DNA of 64,000 nt. Source: Candidatus Limnocylindrus sp. (GTDB lineage: Bacteria; Chloroflexota; Limnocylindria; Limnocylindrales; Limnocylindraceae). The DNA is taken from assembly GCA_040397175.1 (NCBI GenBank), contig JBBAWM010000001.1:153976-217975 (forward strand), in the 5' to 3' direction. Of this stretch, positions 46,612 through 57,846 are shown piece by piece. A model generated the notes under the pieces. The model was not told the origin of the DNA, searched no databases, and saw nothing but the letters and a program-made list of their open reading frames with translations. Each line of letters begins with the position of its first letter. Position 1 is the stretch's first letter. The translations under genes and the position numbers were made by a program.

Positions 46612-48097
46612 CCACGTCGTAGAGCACCTCAACGCCCCAGGCGAGGGCCTCTTGCGAGACGCGCTCGTCAATCCCGTGGAAGCGCTCCATGAAGCGCTCC
46701 TTCGGATCGAGCAGATACGGTGAGAATCCGTAGGTTGGAATGCCGGCTGGCACGGTGATCTTCGCGTCGGTCGCATACGGCGCCACGGCGGGCATCAAGA
46801 TCGCCTCGCTGTCGCGCGTGCGAATTGCGGCACTCGCAATTCCCAGGATCTCGTGATCCATTGGGTTGCTCACAGCGGCACCGTACTCAATGAGGTCAAG
46901 CTTTACGAACGGCGCAAGGTCTGCACCGATGCGGTCGAACATGTTGCGCTCAGCCGCCTCGCGCGTCGTCCCAGGCAGGATGCGGCTATCAACGGTGAGC
47001 GTTGCGGAACCTGGCAGCACGTTAGAGCGAATGCCCGAGGTGAGAATCGTTGGGGCGAAGGTGTCGCGCAGTACCGCGCGAAGCGCTCGCAGGAGCTCAG
47101 GGGCACAGCCTGCGGCGGCCGCCTCGCTGTTGAGCTCCTTGGCGTCGTCAAAGGTCTGCTCGCTCAGCAGGCGCTCCAGGCGACCGAGGGCGCCGGCTGG
47201 GAGGGCGGCACGAAGTGCGGCAAGAAGCGCCTCGTTCTCGGGCACGATTTGCACTGGGCCGGGCACGGAGACGCGCTCCACCACCAGAGCGGCTCGGAGC
47301 AGGGCGTTGTCGCTGTCGGGCATCGATGCGTGACCCCAACGACCGCTGACGGTGATGGTGAATCGGGCGAAGCCCTTCTCGGCCACCTGCAGCGGGTAGA
47401 TACGTCGACCGGCGGCGGTGATCGTCATGCCACCCGCCTCGGTGAGGCCGACTGCGGCGTCGAGCCAGTGCTTGCGATCCTTCAGAACGAGGGCGATGCC
47501 GTCGAGACCGCCCGTCTCTTCGTCGGCGGTGGCGGTAAGGATGATGTCGCGGCGTAGGCCAGGGATCACATCCTTCGCTGGATTCAGACCGGCGGCGCGC
47601 GCGCGCTCGCAGAGGAGTCGAATCACGCCGACCTGCACGGCGAGGGCACCCTTCATGTCGACGGCGCCACGACCCCAGATGTAGCCCTCCTTGACGACGC
47701 CTTCAAACGGATCAACCGTCCAGCCATCTTGATTTGCGGGAACTACATCGAGGTGCGCGAAGAGGAGGAGCGCACCATCTTTCGGATCGCGCGGGTCAAG
47801 CTTCGGATTTGCAGCGGAGGCGCTGCCGCGCAGGCGCACACTGACATTGCCGCGGCCAGGGATAGGTTCGAAGAACTCAGGCTCCAGGCCCTCGCGTCGG
47901 AGCAGCTCGATCAGCACCTTGGCGGCGCGCGTCTCGTTCCCTGGTGGATTCACGCTCTCGGCGCGAATCAGCTGCACCAGGTCATCGCCCGCCTCAGCGC
48001 CGATGCGCTTCATCAGCGCGGCGTCAACGGTGGCGGAGGGGAGGCCCTTCGGAAAGTGATCCGCAGCAGTTGCGGTGAAACGCGAGGCGCCGCTCAC
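46589..48097 (-). CDS. M20/M25/M40 metallohydrolase (ArgE/DapE-like)
   Basis: AHLDVVP, GRGAVDMK, ADEE, GHAS, HGIDER. Confidence 0.88.
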   Translation of the reverse strand: MSGASRFTATAADHFPKGLPSATVDAALMKRIGAEAGDDLVQLIRAESVNPPGNETRAAKVLIELLRREGLEPEFFEPIPGRGNVSVRLRGSASAANPKLDPRDPKDGALLLFAHLDVVPANQDGWTVDPFEGVVKEGYIWGRGAVDMKGALAVQVGVIRLLCERARAAGLNPAKDVIPGLRRDIILTATADEETGGLDGIALVLKDRKHWLDAAVGLTEAGGMTITAAGRRIYPLQVAEKGFARFTITVSGRWGHASMPDSDNALLRAALVVERVSVPGPVQIVPENEALLAALRAALPAGALGRLERLLSEQTFDDAKELNSEAAAAGCAPELLRALRAVLRDTFAPTILTSGIRSNVLPGSATLTVDSRILPGTTREAAERNMFDRIGADLAPFVKLDLIEYGAAVSNPMDHEILGIASAAIRTRDSEAILMPAVAPYATDAKITVPAGIPTYGFSPYLLDPKERFMERFHGIDERVSQEALAWGVEVLYDVAMGYAGE

Positions 48098-48333
48098 TTG
48101 CCCACGCCAGCAATCGTGAGGATCAGCTGCAAGATGAGTGCGCCAACGGTTACGCCAACGAGTCCGCCCACGATGATCTTGACGCCGCGCACGCCAGCGC
48201 GCTCATCGGCGTCCGCCTTGGTCTGCTGGGCTCGGGTGAGCTGATCCCCGCCAGGAATTGCGGGGGCATCCAGGCCGCGGAGGCCACCACGGGGGTCCTT
48301 CGGGTCAATTGCCTTTACCTTCGCTGCGCTCAT
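48094..48333 (-). CDS. 79-aa single-TM hypothetical protein
   Basis: MSAAKVK...; 4-nt overlaps with both ilvD and the M20 gene; C-terminal TM. Confidence 0.6.
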   Translation of the reverse strand: MSAAKVKAIDPKDPRGGLRGLDAPAIPGGDQLTRAQQTKADADERAGVRGVKIIVGGLVGVTVGALILQLILTIAGVGK

Positions 48334-50069
48334 CGGTCGGTTGACCCTTTCAGCGCCTTGGCGAGGCGCACCCCTGTGGTGATGGCGCCATCTGACGCGC
48401 TGCTCACCAAAGCAGCGTACTTCGCCCAGACGCCGCCGGCGTAGTGTGGTGCGGGGGCGCGCCATGCCGCGCGACGTGTGGTGAGCTCGCTCTCGGGGAC
48501 CTCAATGCGCAGCTCGTGCGAGTCAACGTCGATGGTGATGGCGTCGCCTTCATGAACGAGGGCGATCGGTCCGCCGAGCGCCGCCTCAGGTGCGATGTGC
48601 GCGACCATGAAGCCGTGGGTGGCACCAGAGAAGCGGCCGTCCGTAATGAGTGCGACCTCGTCGCCGAGCCCCTGGCCCACGAGTGCTGCCGTTACGGCGA
48701 GCATCTCGCGCATCCCTGGTCCGCCGACTGGTCCTTCATAGCGAATTACGACGACGTCGCCGGAAACGATCCTGTTGGCGCGGATCGCGGCGAAGGCCGC
48801 CTCTTCGGAATCAAAGACGCGCGCCGGCCCGCTGTGATGTCGTCGCTCGTGGCCGGCGAGCTTCACGATCGCACCCTCAGGTGCCAAGCTGCCGCGCAGC
48901 ACGGTGAGGCCGCCCGTCTTCTTGATCGGGTTGTTGATGGGGCGAATCACATCCTGACCTTCGCGTTCGTTCGCCTGCGATGCGATCTCGCCCATCGTGC
49001 GCCCATCAACACTCTGCTCATTCAGGTGCAGCAGGCCGCCAGCGGCAAGTTCGCGCAACACCAGCGCAATACCACCCGCCTTATAGAGGTCAAGTGCGGC
49101 ATAGGAACCGCCAGGAATGAGGTTGCCGATCACCGGCGTTGATTCACCGAGTCGCTCAAAGGCTTCAATCTCAAGCGGTAGGTTGAACTCGCGGGCGATG
49201 GCGAGCAGGTGGAGCACCGCGTTTGTGGAGCCAGCGGTGGCACCCACGGCGCGGATCGCGTTCTCGAGCGCCTTGCCGGTGACGATGTCGCGCGGCTTCA
49301 AGTTCTTGCGAACCAGCTCCACCGCGATCTCGCCCGAGCGTTCGGCGGCGGCGATCTTGTCGGGGTCGGTGGCAGGGATGCCGTTCAGACCCGCGGGGGA
49401 GAGGCCGATCACCTCGAGCGCCATGCTCATCGTGTTCGCGGTGAACTGGCCGCCGCAGGCGCCCGCCCCTGGGCAGGCGGCGTTCTCAAGATCCCAAAGC
49501 TCTTCGGCGGTGATCTTCCCGGCGTTGTACGAGCCGACCGCTTCGAAGACGCTCTGCACCGTCACATCCTTCCCCTTATACGTGCCGGGAAGGATCGTGC
49601 CGTTGTAAAGGACGAGCCCAGGAATATTCAGGCGGCCGAGCGCCATTGCGGCGCCAGGGCTGGTCTTGTCGCAGCCGGTCAGGCAGACGATGCCGTCGAA
49701 GCTGTGGCCCATCGAGACGAGCTCGATGGAGTCGGCGATGATCTCGCGCGAAATGAGCGAGGCCTTCATCCCTTCGGTGCCCATTGCGACGCCGTCGGAG
49801 ACGGAGATCGTGCCGAACTCCATCGGCGTGCCGCCCGCGCGTCGAATGCCGCGCTTCACCGCCTCTGCGAGTTCGCGCTGATTCAAGTTGCACGGCATCG
49901 TCTCGATCCAGGTGGTGGCAACGCCAATGATTGGCTTGGCGAGATCCTCGTCGGTGAAGCCGACCGCCTTCAGCATTGCGCGCGCTGGTGCGCGATCTGG
50001 TCCGTCGGTCATGGCGGCAGAGTGCCGCTTCGCCGGATCGCTCGCGCGGTCGTACGGGTTCTTGCTCAT
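48330..50069 (-). CDS. ilvD: Dihydroxy-acid dehydratase
   Basis: [40 protein letters not shown]. Confidence 0.95.
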   Translation of the reverse strand: MSKNPYDRASDPAKRHSAAMTDGPDRAPARAMLKAVGFTDEDLAKPIIGVATTWIETMPCNLNQRELAEAVKRGIRRAGGTPMEFGTISVSDGVAMGTEGMKASLISREIIADSIELVSMGHSFDGIVCLTGCDKTSPGAAMALGRLNIPGLVLYNGTILPGTYKGKDVTVQSVFEAVGSYNAGKITAEELWDLENAACPGAGACGGQFTANTMSMALEVIGLSPAGLNGIPATDPDKIAAAERSGEIAVELVRKNLKPRDIVTGKALENAIRAVGATAGSTNAVLHLLAIAREFNLPLEIEAFERLGESTPVIGNLIPGGSYAALDLYKAGGIALVLRELAAGGLLHLNEQSVDGRTMGEIASQANEREGQDVIRPINNPIKKTGGLTVLRGSLAPEGAIVKLAGHERRHHSGPARVFDSEEAAFAAIRANRIVSGDVVVIRYEGPVGGPGMREMLAVTAALVGQGLGDEVALITDGRFSGATHGFMVAHIAPEAALGGPIALVHEGDAITIDVDSHELRIEVPESELTTRRAAWRAPAPHYAGGVWAKYAALVSSASDGAITTGVRLAKALKGSTDR

Positions 50070-50698
50070 CGCGGGGCGTTCGGCTGCAGGGTGTTGATCG
50101 TGCCCGGGTGCGCCGTCTCGTGCGCCAGAATCTTTTCTCCCTGCGTGCGGATGTAGTCCAACTCATCAAGGCCATCGAGCAACATCTTCTGGCTGAAGAG
50201 GTCAATCGGGAATGCGTGCGTTGCGCCGTCAGGGGTCGTCATCGTTGCGGTGGCAAGGTCGATCGTGACCGTTGCGGCGAGGTCGTCCTTCGCAATCTGC
50301 ATCATCGTGCCGTGCAGGTCGGCGGGCAAAACGATCGGCAGAATCCCGTTCTTCAGCGCGTTCGATTTAAAGATGTCGGCGAAGCTGGTTGAGAAGATCG
50401 CCTTGATACCGAACGCACTCAGCGCCCACGGCGCATGCTCGCGGCTGGAGCCGGTGCCGAAGTTGTCGCCTGCAACCAGGATGCCGTGACCGGCATAGCG
50501 CGGCTCATCGATCACGAACGGTGGGTTCTTCTTTGAACCGTCGGCCTCAAAGCGCCAGTCGTGGAAGAGGGCATCGGCGAGTCCTGCCTTGTCGATGACC
50601 TTCAGGTAGCGGGCGGGGACGATCTGGTCGGTGTCGACGTTCTCGGCGGGGAGTGGCACGAGCCCCGTGGTGAAGGTGCCGACCTTTGGGGCGGCCAT
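50066..50698 (-). CDS. leuD: 3-isopropylmalate dehydratase small subunit
   Basis: [20 protein letters not shown]. Confidence 0.95.
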   Translation of the reverse strand: MAAPKVGTFTTGLVPLPAENVDTDQIVPARYLKVIDKAGLADALFHDWRFEADGSKKNPPFVIDEPRYAGHGILVAGDNFGTGSSREHAPWALSAFGIKAIFSTSFADIFKSNALKNGILPIVLPADLHGTMMQIAKDDLAATVTIDLATATMTTPDGATHAFPIDLFSQKMLLDGLDELDYIRTQGEKILAHETAHPGTINTLQPNAPR

Positions 50699-52110
50699 CA
50701 GCCGCTCATCCCTGGAAGCGTGCGTGGATCGGCGATCACGCCGGTGAGGGCGGTGGCGGCGGCGGTCAGCGGCGAGGCCAAGAAGGTGCGGCCCCCCTTC
50801 CCCTGGCGCCCTTCAAAGTTGCGGTTCGAGGTGCTGATCGCGTACTCACCGGGGGCGAGCTGGTCGCCATTCATGGCGATGCACATCGAGCAGCCCGCTT
50901 CGCGCCAATCGGCACCCGCGTCGCGGAAGATCTTGTCGAGCCCTTCGCGTTCCGCCTGTCGCTTCACATCGGCTGAACCTGGCACCACCATCACGCGCAC
51001 ACCCTTGGCGACGGTCTGACCCTTGAGAACATTTGCGGCGAGGCGCAGGTCGCTGATGCGACCGTTGGTGCAGCTCCCAATAAAGACGGTGTTGACCGGC
51101 CGGCCAATGATGCTGTCGCCAGCGTGCAAATCCATGTATTCGAGTGCGCGCGTCAGTGCGCGCGCGGCAGCAGGGTCGGACTCGTCGGCGGGATTCGGAA
51201 TCGTGCCGCTGATCGGCAGGCCCATCCCAGGGTTCGTGCCGTAGGTGACCATCGGCTCCAGGGTGTTGGCATCGATGACGATCTCCTTGTCGTAGGTTGC
51301 ACCCTCGTCGCTGGCGAGTGTGCGCCAGCGCGCGACCGCGGCATCCCAATCGGCGCCCTGCGGCGCATGTGGTCGACCCTTCAAGTAGGCAAACGTGGTT
51401 TCGTCGGGGGCAACGAGGCCGGCGCGCGCGCCACCCTCGATGCTCATGTTGCAGATCGTCATGCGCTCTTCCATTGAAAGTGCGCGAATTGCCGAGCCTG
51501 CGTATTCAAAGACGTGTCCGGTGCCGCCACCAACACCTATGCGCGCGATCAGCGCAAGGATGATGTCCTTCGCGGAGACGCCTGGGCGAAGCGTTCCATC
51601 CACGCGCACAAGATAGGTCTTGGGCTTGCGCTGCAAGAGGCACTGGGTGGCGAGGACCATCTCCACTTCGCTGGTGCCGATGCCGAAGGCGAGTCCGCCG
51701 AACGCGCCATGCGTCGCGGTGTGCGAGTCGCCACACACAATGGTGGCGCCAGGCTGGGTGAGGCCGAGCTCTGGCCCAATGACGTGCACGATCCCCTGGT
51801 TCGGCGACTCCCAGCCGTGGAGTGGGACGCCGAACTCGGCGCAGTTCGCCTCGAGCTGCTTCACCTGTGCGGCGGCCATCTCGTCGGCGATCGGCAGGTT
51901 GCGTGGTGTGGTGGGAATGGAGTGGTCGGCGGTCGCCACCGTTCGGTCGGGGCGGCGCACCTTCAACCCGCGGCCGCGGAGGCCGGTGAACGCCTGGGGG
52001 CTGGTGACCTCGTGCACGAGGTGCAGGTCGATCGCGAGGATGGCGGGCGCCCCCTCCTGCTGATCGACAACGTGCTCGCTCCAGATCTTTTCAATGATGG
52101 TCTGCGGCAT
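50698..52110 (-). CDS. leuC: 3-isopropylmalate dehydratase large subunit
   Basis: [35 protein letters not shown]. Confidence 0.96.
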   Translation of the reverse strand: MPQTIIEKIWSEHVVDQQEGAPAILAIDLHLVHEVTSPQAFTGLRGRGLKVRRPDRTVATADHSIPTTPRNLPIADEMAAAQVKQLEANCAEFGVPLHGWESPNQGIVHVIGPELGLTQPGATIVCGDSHTATHGAFGGLAFGIGTSEVEMVLATQCLLQRKPKTYLVRVDGTLRPGVSAKDIILALIARIGVGGGTGHVFEYAGSAIRALSMEERMTICNMSIEGGARAGLVAPDETTFAYLKGRPHAPQGADWDAAVARWRTLASDEGATYDKEIVIDANTLEPMVTYGTNPGMGLPISGTIPNPADESDPAAARALTRALEYMDLHAGDSIIGRPVNTVFIGSCTNGRISDLRLAANVLKGQTVAKGVRVMVVPGSADVKRQAEREGLDKIFRDAGADWREAGCSMCIAMNGDQLAPGEYAISTSNRNFEGRQGKGGRTFLASPLTAAATALTGVIADPRTLPGMSG

Positions 52111-52174
52111 AGAGCGAGCCTACCAGAGGGCGAAACCTCACCTCGAGGCGCGTGTCGCGTGGGATACTGGAAAG

Positions 52175-52819
52175 ATGGAAGCGAAGGTTTTCGGTCCGCT
52201 CTTCTCTCGCGTTGGGATCCTCCCGGCGGTCGCCGCCCAGGACGCTGCGGTCTTGTCGGCATGGGCCGACGCGGCGCTCGATGCCGGTGTGCCAGCGCTC
52301 GAGCTCTTTCTGCGTGGCGAGGGGGCCGAGGCTGCGGTGACTGCCGCGATCGCCTCCCTGCGCTCCAGCCATCCAACGCTCGCAATCGGCGCAGGGAGCG
52401 TCTACGACGCGGCAACGGCCCAGCGCATGATTGATGCGGGCGCGCAGTTCCTCGTCTCGCCGATCACCGATGCTGCAACGGGGGCGGTCGCCACCGCCGC
52501 CGGCGTCGATTGGCTCCCCGGCGCGCTCACGCCAACCGAGATCCATCTTGCTGAACGATCTGGCGCCACCTACGTGAAGCTGTTTCCCGCATCGGCGATC
52601 AACGCCCCGGCATTTATTCGCGCCACGCTGGCGCCGAACCCAACGAGCAAGATCGTGCCAACGAACGTCGGACTCGACGAGATCGCTGCGCTGGCGGCCG
52701 CGGGTGCCGCAGGGTTTGGCGTTGGGCCGCGACTCCTTGACGGCGCAGATCCGCGGAGCGCACCGGCGATCGCCGCTCGGTTGCGCGCCGCTCGCGAGGC
52801 GGCTGGACACCCCGCGTGA
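52175..52819 (+). CDS. KDPG/KHG aldolase-family protein
   Basis: IGAGSV, AGAQFLVSP, PGALTPTE, VKLFPA Schiff-base Lys. Confidence 0.8.
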   Translation: MEAKVFGPLFSRVGILPAVAAQDAAVLSAWADAALDAGVPALELFLRGEGAEAAVTAAIASLRSSHPTLAIGAGSVYDAATAQRMIDAGAQFLVSPITDAATGAVATAAGVDWLPGALTPTEIHLAERSGATYVKLFPASAINAPAFIRATLAPNPTSKIVPTNVGLDEIAALAAAGAAGFGVGPRLLDGADPRSAPAIAARLRAAREAAGHPA

Positions 52820-54078
52820 CCGTCGACAACAGCGCACTTGCAACGTACGACCGAATCGACGGAGCACTGCCCGCACGCGTTGACCTTGTCGTGATTGGTG
52901 CGGGAGTCGCTGGCGCCGCCACCGCCTACTTCGCGGCGCGCGCTGGACTCCAAGTTCTCGTCATTGAGCGCCGCAGCAGCATCGCCTCACTCACCACCGC
53001 CGCAGCCACGGGCGCATTTCGCCTACAGCACGACAACGCCGATGAGCTCGCGCTCGTGCAGGAGGGCCTACCACTCTATTTGAACTTTGCCGAAGAGTCG
53101 GGGCTCACGGGCTGGAACCTTGACATTCGTCAGCAGGGATATCTCTTCTGCAGTCGCACCGCGGCGAGTGCCGCGAAGGGTCGCGAGCTGGTCGCGCTGC
53201 AACGAACGTTCGGTCTCACCGATGTGGAGCTGTTGAGCGGCGATGAGGCGCGAGTTCGCTGGCCGTACCTTTCCCCCGACATTCGACAGGTGCGCTTCCG
53301 TGCCGGAGATGGCTTCATTGACCAGGTCGCGCTGGCGAACGGCTATGCCGCGGCCTCGTCACACGCCGCACACATCAGCGGCGCCAGCGGCTCTGGCCGC
53401 GCCACCTATGCGTTGGAGACAACGGTCACTGGTTTCGTGCGCGATGCGAGCGGTGGCGTGACGGGAGTTACGACAAGTCGCGGCACCGTTCATGCCCCGC
53501 AAACAGTCATAGCCGCGGGGCCGTGGAGTGGCGTCGTCGCCAAACTTGCGGCACTCGATCTCCCAATCGCACCAACGATTCGCCAGAAGTTGGTGATTCC
53601 GAAACTGCCAGTGATTGACCAAATAGCGCCAATGACCATCGATGACGAAACGGGATCGCATTGGCGGCCGGCACTAGCTGGTGCGTATGCGTTGCGCACC
53701 GACCCAGCGACGCCCATCGGTGAGCCGCTCCTTGAAGTACCGACCGACGAGGCGATGGCCCACGCGCTCCTCGATCCCGCATCCCCAACTTCGCTCGCCC
53801 TGCTGGCGCCGTTCTGGCGCGACGTTTGGCGGGACGGCCCGCCGGCGTGGCATCTCCAAGCGGGACAATATGAATACACCCCAGATCACCGACCCTTCAT
53901 TGGGCCAACCGATCAGCCGGGACTCTTCGTCAACACTGGCTACTCAGGTCATGGGGTGATGTGTAGCGCTGGAGGAGCCCGGCGTACGGTTGAACTGCTG
54001 CTGGGGCGCGCCGCAGCGGCCGAGGAGCCGTTCCGCGTCGGTCGACCGATGGTTTCGCGCGCCCACGACGTTCTTTGA
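52816..54078 (+). CDS. FAD-dependent oxidoreductase (DAO/sarcosine oxidase beta family)
   Basis: IGAGVAG, AAGPW, TPDHRPFIG, GYSGHG. Confidence 0.85.
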   Translation: MTVDNSALATYDRIDGALPARVDLVVIGAGVAGAATAYFAARAGLQVLVIERRSSIASLTTAAATGAFRLQHDNADELALVQEGLPLYLNFAEESGLTGWNLDIRQQGYLFCSRTAASAAKGRELVALQRTFGLTDVELLSGDEARVRWPYLSPDIRQVRFRAGDGFIDQVALANGYAAASSHAAHISGASGSGRATYALETTVTGFVRDASGGVTGVTTSRGTVHAPQTVIAAGPWSGVVAKLAALDLPIAPTIRQKLVIPKLPVIDQIAPMTIDDETGSHWRPALAGAYALRTDPATPIGEPLLEVPTDEAMAHALLDPASPTSLALLAPFWRDVWRDGPPAWHLQAGQYEYTPDHRPFIGPTDQPGLFVNTGYSGHGVMCSAGGARRTVELLLGRAAAAEEPFRVGRPMVSRAHDVL

Positions 54079-54109
54079 TCCCCCGCGCGGGCTCTGGTAG
54101 GCTGCATCC

Positions 54110-54229
54110 ATGACAAATAGCGCACGGCTCCTGACCCCAGCGTTCGGTGGTCTCCTTGTGCTCTTTGCTGACCTTATTGGGGGCATTAGCAACCTACTCG
54201 GGTTGCTTATTCAGCCCCGGCGGGGCTGA
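54110..54229 (+). CDS. Leader peptide of the ilv-leu operon (39 aa, not in ORF track)
   Basis: MTNSARLLTPAFGGLLVLFADLIGGISNLLGLLIQPRRG: 10 Leu, 3 Ile, 1 Val; ATG 6 nt after TAGGCT. Confidence 0.8.
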   Translation: MTNSARLLTPAFGGLLVLFADLIGGISNLLGLLIQPRRG

Positions 54230-54271
54230 GGAGACCAGAGGCGCGGAACCACCGCCCGAAGGAAACTTCAG

Positions 54272-54300
54272 AACCCCGCCGAAGAGGCGGGGTTTTTTAT
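54272..54300 (+). terminator. Attenuator terminator upstream of ilvB
   Basis: AACCCCGCC-GAAGA-GGCGGGGTTTTTTAT. Confidence 0.88.
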
Positions 54301-54353
54301 TTGCGAAGGCAACACAGTAAGGAACAGAGCAAGGAAGAAGCGAAGGGGGATCG

Positions 54354-56252
54354 ATGACACAGGCAGGGCACGTTCCAGGCGCAGGGAGCTCCGCGGCCAG
54401 TGCTTCGGAGCGCGCGCGACGCGACATGTTGCGTGATGCACGCATCACCGCTCGGGGCGGCGCACGCCCACGCATCGGCGCTGACGCACTCTGCGAGGCG
54501 ATCCTGCTGCAGGGGAGCGACACTATCTGGGGCTACCCGGGTGGCGTGATCCTTCCGCTCTACGACGTACTCGTCGACCACCCCGCACTGCGCCACATCC
54601 TGGTCCGACATGAACAGGCCGCCTCGCACGCCGCAGACGGCTACGCCCGCGCTTCAGGAAAGGTGGGCGTTTGCCTCGGAACCTCAGGCCCTGGTGCGAC
54701 CAACCTCGTCACCGGCATCGGCACCGCCATGCTCGATTCGGTGCCCGTGGTGGTGATTACGGGAAACGTTCCAAATGCGCTCATTGGCAAGGATGCCTTC
54801 CAAGAGATCGATATCACTGGCATCACGTTGCCAATGACCAAGCACAACTACCTCGTGCGTACCGCAGATGAGATCCCGTATGCAATCGCCGAAGCGTTCC
54901 ACTTGGCACGTAGTGGGCGACCGGGGCCGGTGCACGTGGATATCACCAAAGATGCGTTGATGGGCGCAACCGATGCGCCTCACCCAACCGCCGCCGACAT
55001 TGAGGCCGGGCTGCCCGGCTATAAACCGAAGCTCGACGGCCACCCACGACAGATCAAGTTGCTCGCCGAGGCGATCGCCGGGGCGAAGCGACCAGTCATC
55101 CTTGCGGGGCACGGTGTCTTGATTGCTGGCGCCGAGCGCGAGCTGCTCGAGTTGGCGCGTGCAGCGCAGATTCCAATCACCTGGACACTCCTCGGCATCG
55201 GGGTTGTCGATGAGACCGATCCGCTCGCGTACGGCTACATGGGAATGCACGGCTGGAAGCACGTGAATCGCGCGATCCAGTCCGCCGATCTCTTGATCGG
55301 TATCGGCATGCGCTTTGATGACCGTGTCACAGGGAACGTGCGTACCTACGCACCGAAGGCGAAGATTGCGCACATTGACATTGATCCCGCAGAGATCGGC
55401 AAGAACGTGGTCGCCGATCTACCGATCGTGGGCGATGCGAAGCACGTGCTTGATGCGCTCCTTCCACTCGTTACCAAGGTTGATCCAGCCATCCGCGCCG
55501 ACTACTTTGCCGAACTGGCCACGTGGCGCACGGAGAGCGAAGGCTCGTCGTGGCACGGCTCAGGTGGATTCCGTGACGGTGTCCTCTCCGCCGACTTTGT
55601 GGTGGACCGCATCGCGGCCGGCTCCGGCTTCGATGCGAACCTGACCGCCGACGTTGGGCAGAACCAGATGTGGGTCGCCCGCTACGGCGGCTTCCGCCGC
55701 GCCAATTCACACATCTCGTCAGGTGGCCTCGGCACGATGGGCTTTGCCCTGCCCGCGGCGATGGGCGCCGCGGTTGCCGTGCCAGGAAAGGTTTCGTGGG
55801 CCATCGCTGGTGATGGTGGTTTCCAGATGACCCTGCAGGAGCTGGCCACGATCGTGCAAGAGCGCATCCCTGTGAAGATCGCGCTCATGGACAACAAGAA
55901 GCTCGGCATGATTCGCCAGTGGCAAGAGATTGTGTACGCCGGGAACTACCACTCAGAGCAGTTGGCGGGACCGGACTACCTAAAGCTTTGTGAGGCGTAC
56001 GGCCTTCCAGCTTGGAAGGTCGCCAAGCCTGAGGATGTCGATGCGGCGGTCGCCGCGGCACTCGCCGCCGATGGGCCAGCGCTGATCTGGTTCGAGATTG
56101 CCGAGCGACAGAACGTTTATCCGATGATGCCGGCGGGTAAGGGACTCTCCGACCTGATCGACAAGTGGGGCGATGATGGCGAGGACGTGACCGAGGGTGA
56201 CACCGGGCCGCGCGTTGACCCAATGAACCCTACCGACGGGGGCGTGAAGTGA
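54354..56252 (+). CDS. ilvB: Acetolactate synthase large subunit
   Basis: GYPGG, RHEQ, TSGPGATN, RFDDRVTG, GDGGFQM. Confidence 0.95.
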   Translation: MTQAGHVPGAGSSAASASERARRDMLRDARITARGGARPRIGADALCEAILLQGSDTIWGYPGGVILPLYDVLVDHPALRHILVRHEQAASHAADGYARASGKVGVCLGTSGPGATNLVTGIGTAMLDSVPVVVITGNVPNALIGKDAFQEIDITGITLPMTKHNYLVRTADEIPYAIAEAFHLARSGRPGPVHVDITKDALMGATDAPHPTAADIEAGLPGYKPKLDGHPRQIKLLAEAIAGAKRPVILAGHGVLIAGAERELLELARAAQIPITWTLLGIGVVDETDPLAYGYMGMHGWKHVNRAIQSADLLIGIGMRFDDRVTGNVRTYAPKAKIAHIDIDPAEIGKNVVADLPIVGDAKHVLDALLPLVTKVDPAIRADYFAELATWRTESEGSSWHGSGGFRDGVLSADFVVDRIAAGSGFDANLTADVGQNQMWVARYGGFRRANSHISSGGLGTMGFALPAAMGAAVAVPGKVSWAIAGDGGFQMTLQELATIVQERIPVKIALMDNKKLGMIRQWQEIVYAGNYHSEQLAGPDYLKLCEAYGLPAWKVAKPEDVDAAVAAALAADGPALIWFEIAERQNVYPMMPAGKGLSDLIDKWGDDGEDVTEGDTGPRVDPMNPTDGGVK

Positions 56253-56800
56253 GCGGCGGCGCCTTGGCACGCTCGCTCCCAGGTTCAGGCGAGGAGCGCC
56301 GTCACTTGATCGTGGCGATCGTCAACAACAAGCCGGGTGTGCTGAATCGTGTGGCGAGCCTGATGCGCGCGCGTAACTTCAACATTGAGTCGCTCGCCGT
56401 TTCAGTGACGGAGCGGAGCGATACGTCGCGCATGACGCTCACGATCGTGGGCGATGAGGTGCATGTGGAGCAGGCAGCGAAGCAGCTCTACAAGCTGATC
56501 GATGTGCTGAAGGTCCAAGATGTGACCGACGACTCGATCGTTGAGCACGAATTTGCCCTGATCAAGGTGCGGGCAACCAAGCGAACGCGCCCCGAGATCG
56601 TGAGCGTGGCAGAGATGCATCGGTCCAAGGTCGTCGACCTTGGTGATGAGGCGGTAATCGTCGAGGCGGTTGGGGAGCCCACCGAGATCGACACGTTGGT
56701 CGAACTCCTTCGAGGGTTCGGAATCAAGGAGCTGGTGCGAACTGGCTCAGTAGTGATGTCCCGCGGCAACGGGTCAATTGAGGAGCAGGTGAAGCGATGA
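56249..56800 (+). CDS. ilvN: Acetolactate synthase small subunit
   Basis: NKPGVLNRV, FNIESL, KQLYKLIDV, ELVRTG. Confidence 0.93.
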   Translation: MSGGALARSLPGSGEERRHLIVAIVNNKPGVLNRVASLMRARNFNIESLAVSVTERSDTSRMTLTIVGDEVHVEQAAKQLYKLIDVLKVQDVTDDSIVEHEFALIKVRATKRTRPEIVSVAEMHRSKVVDLGDEAVIVEAVGEPTEIDTLVELLRGFGIKELVRTGSVVMSRGNGSIEEQVKR

Positions 56801-57846
56801 GCGTAAAGATGTACTACAGCGCCGAGGCGCCAATCGAGGCCCTGAAGGGGCAGGTGATCGCCGTGATCGGCTACGGCAGCCAGGGGCACGCCCACGCTCG
56901 CAACCTGAAGGAGTCGGGGCTCACCGTAATCATCGGCCTGAAGGAGGGCTCTAAGAGCCGCGCCGTTGCCGCCGCTGACGGCTTCGAGGTCTTCACCGCC
57001 GCCGAGGCAACGAAGCGCGCCGACGTGGTGATGATCGCCGCGCCAGACACGGCGCAGAAGGCGCTCTACGACACCGAGATCGCTGGCAACTTGAAGAAGG
57101 GTGCGCTCCTCCTCTTCGCCCACGGCTTCAACATTCACTTCGGTCGCATCAAGCCGGCCGAAGGGACCGACGTTGGCATGATTGCGCCGAAGGGCCCAGG
57201 CCACCTTGTGCGTTCGGTCTACGTATCGGGTGGCGGCGTGCCAGCGCTCTTCGCCGTTGGGCAAGAGGCAACCGGCACGGCACGCGCCCGCGTCATGGCA
57301 TACGCCAATGGGCTCGGTTGCACCCGCGCCGGCATCATGGAGACGACCTTCAAGGATGAGACCGAGAGCGATCTCTTCGGCGAACAGGCCGTGCTCTGCG
57401 GCGGCACCGCGCAGCTCGTCAAGAGCGCGTGGGAGACGCTCGTCGAGGGTGGCTACGATCCAGAGCTTGCCTACTTCGAGACGATGCACGAGCTGAAGCT
57501 CATTGTTGACTTGATGTATCGCGGTGGACTCGACTTCATGCGCTTCTCCGTCTCCGATACGGCAGAGTGGGGTGACTACACCTCTGGCCCGCGCATCATT
57601 GATGCGTCGGTGAAGGCACGCATGAAGGAGGTGCTCACCGAGATTCAGGACGGCACCTTCGCCAAGCGCTGGATCGCCGAAGACGAAGCTGGCCGCCCAG
57701 AGTACAAGCGCCTGCGCGCTGCGAACTCGGGCCACCCAATTGAGAAGGTGGGCAAGGCGCTGCGCCACCAGATGACCTTCTTGAATCCAGTCGAGGTCGA
57801 CATGGATGGCGCACAGGGCGCCGCGGAGAAGGGCGTTGGCAAGTGA
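56797..57846 (+). CDS. ilvC: Ketol-acid reductoisomerase
   Basis: GYGSQGHAHA, APKGPGH, DLFGEQAVLCGG. Confidence 0.96.
   Translation: MSVKMYYSAEAPIEALKGQVIAVIGYGSQGHAHARNLKESGLTVIIGLKEGSKSRAVAAADGFEVFTAAEATKRADVVMIAAPDTAQKALYDTEIAGNLKKGALLLFAHGFNIHFGRIKPAEGTDVGMIAPKGPGHLVRSVYVSGGGVPALFAVGQEATGTARARVMAYANGLGCTRAGIMETTFKDETESDLFGEQAVLCGGTAQLVKSAWETLVEGGYDPELAYFETMHELKLIVDLMYRGGLDFMRFSVSDTAEWGDYTSGPRIIDASVKARMKEVLTEIQDGTFAKRWIAEDEAGRPEYKRLRAANSGHPIEKVGKALRHQMTFLNPVEVDMDGAQGAAEKGVGK

Noticed and set aside
54120-54300. T-box riboswitch upstream of ilvB
   Set aside because: No AGGGTGGNACCGCG-type T-box sequence; a Leu/Ile-rich leader ORF explains the terminator
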